From Octopus vulgaris (taxonomy: Eukaryota), in contig OX597820.1 in NCBI GenBank assembly GCA_951406725.2, positions 61,256,001 through 61,320,000 of the forward strand: 64,000 nucleotides of DNA, read 5' to 3'. A model generated the notes under the pieces. The model did not search any database. It worked only from the letters and a program-made list of their open reading frames with translations, and was not told the origin of the DNA. Shown here piece after piece: positions 1 to 14,388 of the stretch. The first letter of the stretch is position 1; every line of letters starts with the position of its first letter. Made by a program: the position numbers and the translations under genes.

Positions 1-186
1 TCCAGGCCATGTCTAACTTAATAGCACCACCTGATAGGATTATTCGAAAGTGTTTACAGTCAAGTTTTGTTCAAGTAGTGAGTTCTTGTTGGGTGAGTTG
101 TATCACACACAACGCTTATCTGGTATTCTTTGAAACCGCGAATCTACGACCGCAGAGTTCTGTTTGAAGTTGACTGGGCCATTGCC

Positions 187-226
<40 letters not shown>

Positions 227-239
227 GGGCAGGGCCTGT

Positions 240-282
<43 letters not shown>

Positions 283-1192
283 GATATATTGACATTTGGC
301 AGGGGACGTATAGCCCGTGGTCCAAAAATCTCGGATGAACCTTGACTAATGTTTAGGTCGTTTGGGCAAAGTTGGCGGTATATTTTCCGCAGTCATACAT
401 ACACATACACACATGCATACACACATAAATATATATACATACATACATACATACATACATACATACATACATAAATACATACATACACACAATACATACA
501 TACATGTGTATATTGTGTGTTTGTGTGTATGCGCGTGCGTGTGTCTAGAGATGCAAACCGAAGATTGGGCTTCACAACCATTTTACAAGTTTTTCTTCAT
601 CTTCTCCATGCAAGGAACGGCTTGCGATGCTTGCGGTTATCATGTGTTCGTTCGGATCTGAAAAAGTATGTAATGGAGCCGTGGAGAAATTTATCTTCAT
701 TTCACATCTGATTGTATAAATGGGAATATTCTGTTATTTCGCTTAGGCATGGCGATACTAATAATAAACTGGTGTTAGTTCTCAGTATGAATGAGAATAT
801 ATTTTCCAATGCATCCTTTCTTTCATTATTACAGTAAAGTCTGATTTGAAGGAAACTTCGTTGTTATGTCTAGCAGATCACGTACCGGTGCACGGGCGTG
901 CTGTCGGTCGTTCGATGCGAACTTCAGTGTTAACGTGGAGTCCAAGCTCAGTCGTAGAAGAACGTCTGTGAAAGATAGCTGCAACAATCTCCGACTGTAT
1001 TGCTCAATATAGCCTTTATTTAAGAATGGCATTTGTGAAGATTTTGGTGGCTGCTTTTAGCAGGTTCGGCGACTGCTGAATGGTTGATAAATCTGATGAT
1101 GAAAGTTCGGTGTAAAAAGAGCGTTTGCAAAAAACATCCATAATATTCCTATTCTATTATTTATTCAATTATATAGATTTCAGGCACATACT

Positions 1193-1560
1193 CTTTCTCT
1201 TTACTATTTTACTTGTTTCAGTCATTTGACTGCGGCCATGCTGGAGCACCGCCTTTAGTCGAGCAAACCGACCCCAGGACTTATTCTTTGTAAGCCTAGT
1301 ACTTATTCTATCGGCTTCTTTTGCTGAACCGTTAAGTTACGGGGACGTAAACACACCAACATCGGTTGTCAAGCGATGGTGGGGGGACAAACACACACAC
1401 ACACACACACATATATATAAACGACGGGCTTCTTTCAGTTTCCGTCTACCAAATCCACTCACAAGGCTTTGGTCGGCCCGAGGCTATAGTAGAAGACACT
1501 TGCCCAAGATGCCATGCAGGGGAACTGAACCATGTGGTTGGTAAGCAAGCTACTTACCAC
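1193..1560 (-). mobile_element. SINE family A
   Basis: Reverse complement of 16693-17048. Confidence 0.88.
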
Positions 1561-2277
1561 GTACAGAAAAGGTGTAAAATTATATATAAACAACGAACCT
1601 TATTATATTGGGAATTACCATTTAATTTGGAATACGATTTTCTCTAGTTTTGCCTCACCAAAGCATTTTCATAAGTTTATCTTAAACGTCCATGTTTATT
1701 TTCAGACTTCCAGTTTATCATTTCATGCATTCTGAGTAATGTAAAGTTTCCCTTTCATAATTCCCAAGTTTCTTTAGTAGTTATGAAAATTTCGAATGTA
1801 TAACACATATGATGCATGTACGCCAAGGAGAAGTCCTATGTATCACATGTTATACTCAGTACAGGCAATGGATTAACGTATTTTGTTTGGTTAAATATTC
1901 TATTTGATTAAATACCAGTTAAATATTCTCATTTTAATGACAATAAATATATATGCCAACAAATGTTGAAGCCGTTTGCCGAGAATCGCAATGTCTCGGT
2001 TTGAGAGAGCGTTGGTGTATTTGTGTTTTGTTCTTGAAAATTATTGAAACTCGAAATACTTGTAGTTAACTTGTTTAGGTGGAGAGTGTTAATAGAAGAG
2101 AAAGTTTTTGTTAAATATATACACATCGTTGCTTAATCATCATTATAATAATGATTATCGTTGCATAATCATTTTTATGACATTATAATCATCGTAATAA
2201 TACATTAGTACAATGTATTTTATATTTATGCGTATATGACCAAGACAGAATAGTAATATCTTTGAGCTACATTATTG

Positions 2278-2721
2278 GGATCTTTTCGGTTTGAACGGCA
2301 GTTTTTTCTAGCGGTGTCATATGAAATTGTCACCCATAATTATGACCCTAGTATCGATCTATTGCATTTCAATCTGTTTTAGGGTTAGGGTTAGTTAGGG
2401 TTAGGATTAGGGTTAGGGTTAGGGTGGGGGGAAGGGTATCTTTTTTTCTTCAGAAATATAAATAAACCCAATCTGTTTCTTAAACGAGGGACATATTCAT
2501 ACGGCACAGAATGTTTTCACCTCAATAGACGTCATTGATTGGTTGAAATTGCAGAAATTGAAGAAAAACAATAACAAATATCTTACAAACTATAGAATTT
2601 TCTCAATAAAGCCAAGAGAAAAAGATGTTTTATAAACACATTCTACCAGTATACGAAGTTTAAAAGTGTTTAGTTACGTGGAAATTATTTTTAAAAACTG
2701 CCGTTCAAACCGAAAAGATCC
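2278..2721 (+). mobile_element. MITE family T copy 1 (TIR GGATCTTTTCGGTTTGAACGGCAGTTTTT, 8-bp TSD, internal TTAGGG repeats)
   Basis: Perfect TIRs of about 29 bp; TSD CATTATTG on both sides; (TTAGGG)-like array at 2379-2424. Confidence 0.92.
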
Positions 2722-3239
2722 CATTATTGTAACTCAATAAATAAATTCTAACATTTCCAGTAACGTGCCAAACATCAGAAAACTTATTTAACCTTGTATA
2801 ATTTTCCTTTTTCGGATAAGTCCCAGATCAAGCTTACCTGCTCCTTAGCTAAAACCAAAATTATTTAGTAGTATACAAATGCAATACTGCAACACATGTA
2901 ATGAAATCACCATAGAGAATAATAACAGTTTCATACACATGAGTTTATAAAATAGATTATTATCGGCAAAATGCTCCACGTATGGAGTCAGTTCTACTCT
3001 ATTCGGGAACATAACGACATAACGAAGATTCAATCTATTTTGTACATTTGCAAAGGGCAGTTATGTATTTAATAGCGAACATCTTAGAGCTATAGGGAAG
3101 ATTAAAAACAGTCAAACCACCAGATTTTGCAAGCAAAAGAAGACATTTTGATCAGAAAATAATTCAAGGAAATACTATAGGCAAACTAAGCATATTTAGT
3201 TACTTTTGAAATATTTTACATAGAGAACACTAGATATCT

Positions 3240-3526
3240 TATTGTGTCTGAGGAGAGTTATTTTCTTTTAGTGCCTTATTATTTGACATACTCACCGGTT
3301 CGATTTCCACTCATTTACTTATTTATTTGTTTTTTTCTAAAAATTTTCGTTGCGTCTTGCAATCTTTTCAATAGTCGTTGACTCTCAACGACTATTGAAC
3401 TTGAACAGGCTGCAAGACGCAACAAAAATGTTAGGAAAAATAAATAAGTAAATGAGTAGAAACTTTACTGGTGAGTGTGTTAAATAATAAAGCACTAAAA
3501 GAAAATTACTCTCCCCAGACACAATA
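3240..3526. mobile_element. Palindromic repeat (arms about 140 bp), Penelope-like LTR fragment in inverted arrangement
   Basis: The arms are reverse complements centred near 3383. A single arm recurs at 26078-26213. It carries a hammerhead-like motif. Confidence 0.6.
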
Positions 3527-4116
3527 AAATATGCTTCAACACATGAATTCACATAAAGAATGTTGCAAACCAAATACAAAAACAAAATTAGATATCTAGT
3601 TATAAAAAAACTTATGCAGTAAAGAAGACATTAGCTCAATGACTAATATAATTAATTCTTTTATCTAATAATTAATTCTTTTATCAATGACTAATATAAT
3701 TTAAATCATTATGGTAAAATCAGGTGACAATTCCACAATTTGATTATATTAGACCTCCTAAGTGAAGCATAAACTTCACTGTACTAGCCAAAGTAAGAAT
3801 TAGAGATATGGAAAATACGAAATCGTCCCCGAGCATACGTGAAAAATTCATGTATTTTATATTTTTGAAAAATAAATCACTGAAGTTCATTATTCAGAGC
3901 TAATATTTTTCATTGACGTAGACTTTTACTCACTGTATTTATAATTAAGCATTTAATGTTGCTTTAAATATAGGACGGCTGATTAGCAGGCAAAAGCCTT
4001 GCGGTAAATGATCTGATTCTCTGCAGGCTGAGTTCAAGTACCATTTAAGCTAACGCTGCTTTTTCATCCCTTGGGGACAATAAAATAATAACATATCATT
4101 TAAATATTTAGTTCCT

Positions 4117-4151
<35 letters not shown>

Positions 4152-4819
4152 AATTGACTACGCTACACTGTAAAAGGGTCGTTGGGGACTCGAGAACCCC
4201 TACCGCCAAAAAATGGAGGAGGGTTGAACTAGGAATTAGCAACCGCTTCTTTTGTAACATGTTAAATAAAAGTTCAAAAAACTCATGAAACGGGGCGGGC
4301 GTGGTTGGATTGATATGCTATGCGGTACAGAACAATTTCAAAATAAACATGAAAAATAATTAAATTTTCTAACTTAACTATTGTTTTGCAAGCGGGTTGT
4401 ATCTCTAAGTAATTAACCTCTATAATACGTGATTTGTGAGCATAAATGTTGCAGAGATCTAAATAAATGCAATGTATCCATCTCAAATCCAATATGAGTG
4501 GTTCTATTTATACCCATTGTTCTTTCTCTCTCACATAGCTACACATGCAGGTCGGAGCAAAGCACCTTCTAGAGTGCAGCTGCAGAGTATGTATCCTAGC
4601 ATGCAACCATGAACAATAGATGTTCATCGTTGCAGAAGATTTCGTTTGTCTTATAAACGTGTGTCTCCTCCCATAAGCAGCCATACTTTCAATGATAAAC
4701 GCAGCTACCCGCTTCTACTAGGCTTCCTTGCTAACTTCTCATTCTTGTTACTTCAACACATGATATTCTAACATTTCCCCAAGACCAGCTATAGTTTAGT
4801 AGCTGCTTCTCAAATCATA

Positions 4820-6160
4820 ATATTGGTTTCAAGTTTTGGAACAAGACCAGAAAATTAGGGGGAGGGTAGTCAATCGCAACTAGTACTTATTTTATCGACA
4901 CCGAACGGATTGAAGGTTAGGTCGATCTCGGCGAAATTTGAACTCAAAAAGTAAAGACGGGCGAAATGCCGCTAAGCATTTTGCCCGGCGTGCTAACGAT
5001 TCTGCCAAGCTCGCCATCTTTCTCAAAATTATAATATTCTTTTCTACTGAAGGCACAAGGCCCGACATTTTGGAGTAGGGGGCCAGTTGATTAGATCGAC
5101 CCCAGTACGCAACTGGTACTTAATTTATCGACCCCGAAAGGATAAAAGGCACAGTCAACCTCGGCAGAATTTGAACTCAGAACGTAAAGACAGACGAAAT
5201 ACCTATTTCTTTACTACCCACAAGGGGCTAAACACAGAGAGGACAAGCAAGGACAGACAAACGGATTAAGTCGATTATATCGATCCCAGTGCGTAACTGG
5301 TACTTATTTAATCGACCCCGAAAGGATGAAAGGCAAAGTCGACCTCGGCGGAATTTGAACTCAGAACGTCGTGGCAGACGAAATACGGCTAAGCATTTCG
5401 CCCGGCGTGCTAACGTTTCTGTCAGCTCGCCGCCTTTAAAATAAATGCGCCCTTTTAAAGCTTAGCCAGGCTCATGGGCCCGGTTTCCCGGCTTCTATGG
5501 CGTATGTGTTACCCAGCTGTACGGAACGCCAGTCCATTGCAGCGTTACTCATTTTTGCCAGCAGAGTGGACTGGAGCAACGTGAAATGAAGTGCTTTGCT
5601 CAAGAACTCAACGAGTCGCACGGTCCAGGAATCGAAACCCCAATCTTACGATCATGGTGCTGACACCCTAACCACTAAGCCAAAATAAAGACGAAAATAC
5701 CTATTTCTTTACTACCCACATGGGGCTAAACATAGAGTGGACAAACAATGACAGACAAAGGGATTAAGTCGATTATATCGACTCCAGTGCATAACTGGTA
5801 CTTAATTTATCGACCCCGAAAGGATGAAAGGCAAAGCCGACCTCGGCGGAATTTGAACTGACAACGTAACGGCAGACGAAATACCGCGAAGTATTTCGCC
5901 CGACGTGCTAAAATTTCTGCCAACTCGCCACCTTTTCTCAAAATTACATTATCGTTTCTATCATAGAAACAAGGCAAGGAAATTGGGATGAAGGAATTTA
6001 GTCGATTACTTCAACTCCAGTATCATCGACCCCGAACAGGTGGAAGATAAACTTGATGTCAGTAGAGGTTGAATTCGGAACGTAAATCAGAATTCAAATA
6101 AATTTTCGCAGGACTTTCTGTCCAACGATCTAACGATTCTGCCTATCCACCACCAACGCA
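4820..6160 (-). mobile_element. Tandem array of tRNA-derived SINE family B, with a family E SINE at about 5445-5683
   Basis: Repeated GGCGGCGAGCTGGCAGAA...GAGTTCAAATTCCGCCGAGGTCGACTTTGCCTTTCATCCTTTCGGGGTCGATAAA..AGTACCAG units on the minus strand; the central part resembles the Meta/MESC-type SINE domain. Confidence 0.85.
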
Positions 6161-6219
6161 AAATATTTGCGAAAATGTACCTTTTAGATGTGTCAAACAG
6201 TCCAATACAAAAACTTTTT

Positions 6220-6632
6220 GGATCTTTTCGCTTTGAACGGCAGTTTTTAAAAATAATTTCCACGTAGCTAAACACTTTTAAACTTCGTATACTGTTAGAA
6301 TGTGTTTATAAAACATCTTTTTCTCTTGGCTTTATTGAGAAAAGTCTATAGTTTGTAAGATATTTGCTGTATTTTTTCTTCAATTTCTGCAATTTCAACC
6401 AATCAATGACGTCTATTGAGGTGAAAACATTCTGTGCCGTATGAATATGTCGTTTAAGAAACAGATTGGGTTTATTTACATTTCTGAAGAAAAAAAGATA
6501 CCCTTCTCCCCACCCCTAACCTTAACCCTAAAACAGATTGAAATGCAATAGATCGATACTAGGGTCATAATTATGGGTGACAATTTCATATGACAACGCT
6601 AGAAAAAACTGCCGTTCAAACCGAAAAGATAC
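6220..6632 (-). mobile_element. MITE family T copy 2
   Basis: Reverse complement of copy 1; TSD AACTTTTT/AACTCTTT. Confidence 0.9.
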
Positions 6633-6745
6633 AACTCTTTTATAAAGCCCATTCAATTCATTTCTATAATGTCCGCCTCAACCAGAATCATAAAACTGAA
6701 AAAGTATTACTTAGCGAGTAATCCGTTGTCCCTTCTAGCAATATG

Positions 6746-7131
6746 TGGAGGCGCAATGGCCCAGTGGTTAGGGCAGCGGACTCGCGTTCGTAGGATCGTG
6801 GTTTCGATTCCCAGACCGGGCGTTGTGAGTGTTTATTGAGCGAAAACACCTAAAGCTCCACGAGGCTCCGGCAGGGGATGGTGGTGATCCCTGCTGTACT
6901 CTTTCACCACAACTTTCTCTCACTCTTACTTCCTGTTTCTGTTGTACCTGTATTTCAAAGGGCCGGCCTTGTCACTCTCTGTGTCACGCTGAATATCCCC
7001 GAGAACTGCGTTAAGTGTACACGTGTCTGTGGAGTGCTCAGCCACTTACACGTTAATTTCACGAGCAGGCTGTTCCGTTGGTCGGATCAACCGGAACCCT
7101 CGTCGTCGTAACCGACGGAGTGCTTCCTTCC
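6746..7131 (+). mobile_element. tRNA-derived SINE family C with 12-bp TSD
   Basis: A box TGGCCCAGTGG, B box GTTTCGATTCC; TSD TCTAGCAATATG at 6734-45 and 7132-43. Confidence 0.88.
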
Positions 7132-7256
7132 TCTAGCAATATGAAAAACGTATCTGCGCCTCACAGTCAACATCCAAATATTACATTTCTAATCAGCAGA
7201 ATCTTCAGTTGTAGGACCGCAATTGACGAATTATTAGATGGGAGGTTGTTAGTTTA

Positions 7257-7428
7257 TTCTTTTATTCTTTTACATGTTCCAGTCATTAGATTGCGACCAT
7301 GCTGGGGCACCGCCTTGAAGAAATCTAGTCAAACGAATCGACCCCAGTACTTATTTTATCGGAATCTTTCGCCGAACTGCTAAGTTATGAAGACATAAGC
7401 ACACTAATATCGGTTGTCAAGCGGTGGT

Positions 7429-7466
<38 letters not shown>

Positions 7467-7815
7467 TACTCTTTTAGTCATTTACTTGTTTCAGTCATTT
7501 GATTGTGGCTATGCTGGAGCACCGCCTTTAGTCGAGCACATCGACTCCAGGACTTATTCTTTGTATTCTATCGGTCTCTTTTGCCGAACCGCTAAGTTAT
7601 GGGGACGTAAACACACCAGCATCGGTTATATATATATATATATATATATGCATACGACGGGTTCCTTTCAGTTTCCGTCTACCAAATCCACTTACAAGGC
7701 ATTGGTTGGCACAAGGCTATAGTAGAAGATACTTGCCCGAGGTGCCACGCAGTGGGACTGAACCCGGAACCATGTAGTTCGTAAGCAAGCTACTTACCAC
7801 ACAGCCACTCCTACG

Positions 7816-7889
<74 letters not shown>

Positions 7890-7997
7890 TCGGCCCGAGG
7901 CTATAGTAGAAGACACTTGCCCAAGATACCTCGCAGTGGGACTGAACCCAGAACCATGTGATTGGGAAGCACGTTTCTTAACACACAGGCACGCCTA
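7257..7997 (-). mobile_element. SINE family A cluster (partial, full and head copies)
   Basis: Similarity to other family A copies. Confidence 0.85.
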
Positions 7998-8218
7998 TTG
8001 AAAACTAACAAAATATATGTATATTTTTACCTGGTTATATGACCTTATAAACAGGTTACATACATTTTCTAAAAGATGCAGTAGCTTAGCTTGAGGCCAG
8101 ACCGTGAATTATACAGCAGACCAGAAAGTGCCTCCCCTACATAAAACCATCACCCAGGGTGGACCGTCCCTCACCCCTCTCCACTCCCAGATACCTATAC
8201 TGAGATATAGATATATTG

Positions 8219-8250
<32 letters not shown>

Positions 8251-8311
8251 GCGCATGCGCGTGCGTGCATATGTGAATAAACACTGAATAGTGAAATATG
8301 AAACTATATTA

Positions 8312-8533
8312 CAGTAATCCTTCGCTTATCGCGGGTATTACGTTCCAAAGCCCCACGCGATATTTAAAATCCGCGAAGTAGAAACTACTGTACTGTATAT
8401 GTTTTTTTTTTTTATTTTTATAATTTGCATATATTTATTTTATTATAAATGCAGAACAACACCACAGAGGAATCGATGTAAACTTAAATAATAAACCGCG
8501 ATAAGTGAACCTCGATATGACGAGGGATTACTG
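8312..8533. mobile_element. Tigger/pogo-like MITE
   Basis: TA|CAGTAATCCTTCG ... CGAGGGATTACTG|TA. Confidence 0.85.
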
Positions 8534-9467
8534 TATCCAATTTAATGTTGTAGTAATTTCTTCTTTCATACTCTTATCGATAAAAAGCCCTACTTGAAAC
8601 ATCAACTATTTCCTCTTTCTCGCAGTAACTAAATTACTCCACAATGACCAAGAACTTCCTATACCTACTATTTGACGACGCCGGATTTCAATATTTCACA
8701 CTAATAATGATATATGTAGCTTTGTTTATCACTGATTGATTCATCGCTGATCCGGGATAACACGATACGGTCAATTGTGAACTGCGTTATGCTTATCATG
8801 AATTGATTTGTTATAATACGGGTCTGCGATCAATCGACGATACTGCTTAAACCACAAAATACTTGTCTCAGCGACCATCAACAGCGCGCAGCCACCCAGA
8901 ATGCATTGACAGTCCACGTGACTATTTTGTATAGCCGCGTATTTTTTTTTTTTTTTTATATAAAGATCAATATACTCGTAGCCATGAACATGGGCTCAGT
9001 GATAAAACAAAATGCGAAAGCGCCTGATCCTAACAAACAACGCAGACAAGGGTATCTCTACGCAAAAAGGTATCTCTACCAGAAGCTTTGCTGCTTAGCG
9101 CTGCAAGTTTTGTGTCAATGAATCTATCGTTCATTTCATTTGCAATGTGCATGGAGATGGTTCTTTTATCACGGATTCACTTACCACTTTTTAAAGCTAC
9201 CCCCGTGATAAACGAGAATAGATGTACAGTGCCTTCACATTAACGAAGTAGGAGATAAGAGGCTCGTATGCTGGTCTATTTCATAACACTGTTTTTCTAA
9301 AGCTCAACATTTACTCTGATGTTGAATATTCTACTCCGCAGCCTGTTGAAATAATTACATTAGCGAGCAGGAAAATAAATCAAAATTTTGGTGGCAACAA
9401 TTTCTTACAACAATTTTATACTGTCACAAGAATATAGAATATTGGGATGGGTATATAAAGTCACTTA

Positions 9468-9953
9468 TCGTAAATCCTCGAGTATAGTCCGCCCTTGTGT
9501 ATAATACGCAAGGGCGTTTTAGGGGGCTGTATCTCTGAAAAACCTAAACTTTGTGTATAATACGCACCCCTTCTCTAACTTGAGTCGTGCGTAATTAAGC
9601 CAGCAGCACCGAGTCGAATAAACACTTCCGCGCATGCGTAATGCAATAATGGTGATGTTCTTAACTGTTATATGGGAATGTAAATATGTTTGCAAATTGT
9701 TTTTGTTACATGTTATTCTGTGTTCTGAATACTTTTATTTTAATAAATGTTGCTTACTGCAAGTTATGGATGATTCTTTTATGACTTCATTGCTTTCAGG
9801 CTTTGCTTAAAGTATTTTCGCGCCCGACATCACAAAATGCGTCTGAATAAAAATTGCCGGACAGCAAATTTTTAACCTCGTATATAATACGCACTAGGGA
9901 TTTTGACCTTTAAATTTTGGGGGGAAATGCGGATTATACTCGAGGATTTACGG
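9468..9953. mobile_element. Tc1/mariner-pogo-like MITE
   Basis: TA|TCGTAAATCCTCGAGTATAGTCCGC ... GCGGATTATACTCGAGGATTTACGG|TA, with subterminal TATAATACGCA repeats. A terminal fragment recurs at about 46777-46808. Confidence 0.85.
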
Positions 9954-10145
9954 TAAGTGGATTCGGTGATACACAGTACAAAGATAAACCCGGTTGGATT
10001 TGTGTACTCAGAAACGTAAAGGATTCAAACTAAAATACTACGAGATGTGAAGTTGACCTCAGCAGGATTTGATCTCATGTAATAAAAGTACGTAATTAAT
10101 AAATATGGAATTTCAGCCGCCTCAACTCCTTCTAATTTTCAATAG

Positions 10146-10940
10146 TTCTTTCTACTACAGACGCAAGACCTGAAATTGAGCAGGGTGGAAGGGTTAGTTG
10201 ATTACATCTACCGTAAGCTCAACTGGTTCATATTTCACCGACCTTGAAAGGATGAAAGGCAAAGTCGATCTCAGCGGAATTTGAACTCAGAACATAAAAA
10301 ACCGGCAGAAATGTCGCTAAGCACTTTCTCCGGCGTGCTAACGATTCTGCCAGCGTGCCGTCTTACCTCTTTTTAATAATGGTTTCAAATTTTGGCACAA
10401 GGCCAGCAATTTCTGGGAAGGGTTTAAGTTGATGACATCGATCCCAGTGTTCAACTGGTACTTATTTTATCGACCCCGAAAGGATAAAAAGTAAAGTCGA
10501 CCTAGCGGAATCATTTCTACGATAGGCACAAGACCTGAATTTTGTGGGGAGGGGGATAGTCGATCATATCGACCCAGTACTCAACTGGTACTTGATTTAT
10601 CGACCTCGAAATGATGAAAGGCAATGTCGACCTCAGCGGAATTTGAACTCAGAACGTACAAACGGACGAAATGCCGCAAAGCTAACGATTCAGCCTACTT
10701 GCCGCCTTTGCCTCTTTTTAATCATCCTTTCGGCTATAGGCACAAGGCCTGAAATTTTGGGTGAGGTGACTAGTCGATTACATCGAACCCAGTGCGTAAC
10801 TGGTACTTTCTTTATCGAACCCAAAAGGATGAAAGGCAAAGTCAACCTCGGCGTAATTTGAACTCAGAACGTAAAGACAGACGAAATACCTCTAAGCATT
10901 TCGCCCGGCATGCTAACGATTCTGCCAGCTCGCAGCCTTA
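10146..10940 (-). mobile_element. Tandem array of four SINE family B units
   Basis: Same unit, head-to-tail. Confidence 0.85.
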
Positions 10941-12769
10941 CCTCTCTTTAATAATGATGACCTTTAACGCTGGTTCCAGTGGTGTAGCGTGGGTTGTCAG
11001 GTTCGAGGTAAAGCAAGTAATGCAAAGAAAATGAGCTATTTTTATTATTATCATTATTATTACCATTTTATTTATTTTTTATATTAGAATTTTGCATCCA
11101 AGGCAACCGCCCCTGTGGCCCCGCCTACATCACTCTACTGATTGGTACAACGCCATACATTTATGAAGTTGGATTAGTAGCGAGCTAGCAGAATCGTTAA
11201 AGAATCGGAAATAATGCCTTGCGGTGTTCCTTCCGTCTCTTTACTTTTATATTTTACGTTCAATTCCTGCCGAGGTCAACTTTGCTTTTCATCTCTCCAG
11301 GGTAAATTAAATAAAGTACCAACCAATGTTATCGACTAACCACCCACCCCTCAAATTTGCTAGCCGTGTGTCTAAATAAGAAACCATTATAGTCAACGGA
11401 TTCGGCCTAGCGTGCGTCTAGTTTTCATTTCAACGGCTCGGAAGGATGAAGGGTCACGAAGACCCAGGATAGTGAAGAGACTTGACTAAATACAAGCTAA
11501 ACGGTCTGGACCTGTATCGTTTCTGTTATTCCATTGCCTTTCTTTTAATAGTGATGATAAAAGTAATGCAAAACCAAACCGGCCTCAAAGGGTGCCCAAG
11601 AAAACAAACATATCCTTTTGCATGAAGATAAGAGAGAAATCTCTATGGTTTGGTTTTATACGAAAATGGAATGACTTTTCGATATTTCTTTTACGTTTTT
11701 TGCTGAGGTTTTTTTTTTTTTCAGTTTACATAGAGGCCTTATTTGTTTGGTTAATTCTAAATTTGGAAATATAGTGTCTGTGCACTTTTGTTGATAGTTT
11801 CTAGGTTTGTTGCAATCGAATAAAATGAAACGGTACATGAAAATAATGGCGCCTTCTCGTCTGCAGCTGCTGACACTTCTAGCAAGGGACGGCTGTATAA
11901 ACCTCTCTGGGTGGTACCTACCTATATACAGAGCAAGATTCATAATCTTCTGCAGAAGCATTTTTGTGTTTTCTTTAATTCTAAATTCAGAAGTGTTTCA
12001 AAACAGTTGCAAATGGGGTATGTTTGTGTGGTTCTTACCAAATCACACGTCTATCTTGAAGTGTAAAACAATCTCCTGCAAAAATTATACGATTGAAAGT
12101 CGATCGAAATTATATATATATATATGCCTAATAAAAATTATTTTTTCTTTCCTTTACTTTTTTTTTCTCTTTTTTGCCACAGCGGGGGATCTGGTCCTTT
12201 TTTATTTATTTTTTTTATCTGATACTTATTTTATCTATTCCGAAAGAATTAAGGGTGAAGTCGATATCGACAGAATTTGAACTAGGAATGTTAAGCCGGA
12301 ATAAGTGCCACTATGCATTTTGTCCGGGGTGCTAACGATAGTTCCTGCTCGCTGTCTTTCTATTTATAGATACAAGACCTGAAATTGATGTGGGGAGACA
12401 AGCTGGTTATATCGACACCGCGCTGGATTTACCATTAACCAAAATAAGCACGTCCTTTAGACATCAAGAGAAGAGTGGGAGGGGCACCGCAAAAATGGTA
12501 AATGGTTTACGGCACAAAAGAAATCACTTTAAACTTGCTAAAATAATATTTGAAGTGGTTTATATGATCGGGAATATGATTTCCAAGTGTTCATGGAGTC
12601 ATAAAGAGGATCTTATCAAAAACTTTGCAATCAAAAAAAAAAAAAAACTGTTCAAGTAAAGTAGAAGTATTCAAAAATAAACATTATTTTCCATACTACA
12701 GTTAGTTTTGTTTCATTTTGAAAAACAAAAAATGATTTTAAAGTTTATTATTGTTTATATTTTGAATTA

Positions 12770-12779
12770 CACAAACACA

Positions 12780-12843
<64 letters not shown>

Positions 12844-12875
12844 TACATACATACATACATACATACATACATACA

Positions 12876-12905
<30 letters not shown>
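12770..12905. repeat. Compound (CA)n(CATA)n microsatellite
   Basis: Direct inspection. Confidence 0.95.
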
Positions 12906-13985
<1,080 letters not shown>

Positions 13986-14112
13986 TTATATATATATATT
14001 TCAATAATAATAAAGGGTAAAATTAATTAATTAATTAATAATTAATAATTCCACCAAGTAGTGTTCGGCACGTTAAAAGGACCATTTTCGGTAAACTTAA
14101 ACAATATTTTTT

Positions 14113-14319
14113 TATAATTATGAGTATAATTATAATTAGGGTTCACCAAAAAAATTTACTTCACCACATACCGAACTCTAGAAATAACAGCCAAAGAACT
14201 TAGCTATTTCTTCTACTATAAGAAGAAATAGCTAAGTTCTTTGGCTGCTATTTCTAAAGTTCGGTATGTGGTGAAGCAAATATTTTTTGCTGAACCCTTA
14301 TTATAATTATACTCATAAT

Positions 14320-14325
<6 letters not shown>
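14113..14325. repeat. Imperfect palindrome of about 210 bp
   Basis: ...ccaaagaacttagctatttcttct acta taagaagaaatagctaagttctttgg... with arms extending about 100 bp. Confidence 0.9.

Positions 14326-14388
<63 letters not shown>

Noticed and set aside
2379-2424. TTAGGG array as a chromosome end or fusion scar
   Set aside because: It is short and internal to a TIR/TSD-bounded MITE present in several copies.
4602-4634. Small hairpin TGCAAC-C-ATGAACA/TGTTCAT-C-GTTGCA
   Set aside because: Too short for a pre-miRNA and lacks other supporting context.
6747-6822. tRNA-like sequences with A/B boxes (also at 16693, 43207, 51300 and 5610)
   Set aside because: These are SINE heads continuing into repeat bodies, one with a TSD; no proper cloverleaf acceptor stem was found.
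8079-8202. Possible hAT MITEs (also 10977-11140) with CAGT...ACTG ends
   Set aside because: TIRs and 8-bp TSDs are too degenerate to support a call.
11807-12280. 157-aa ORF with AATGGCG and TATAAA motifs nearby
   Set aside because: No recognisable domain, low-complexity F/I/L composition, and it runs into a SINE.
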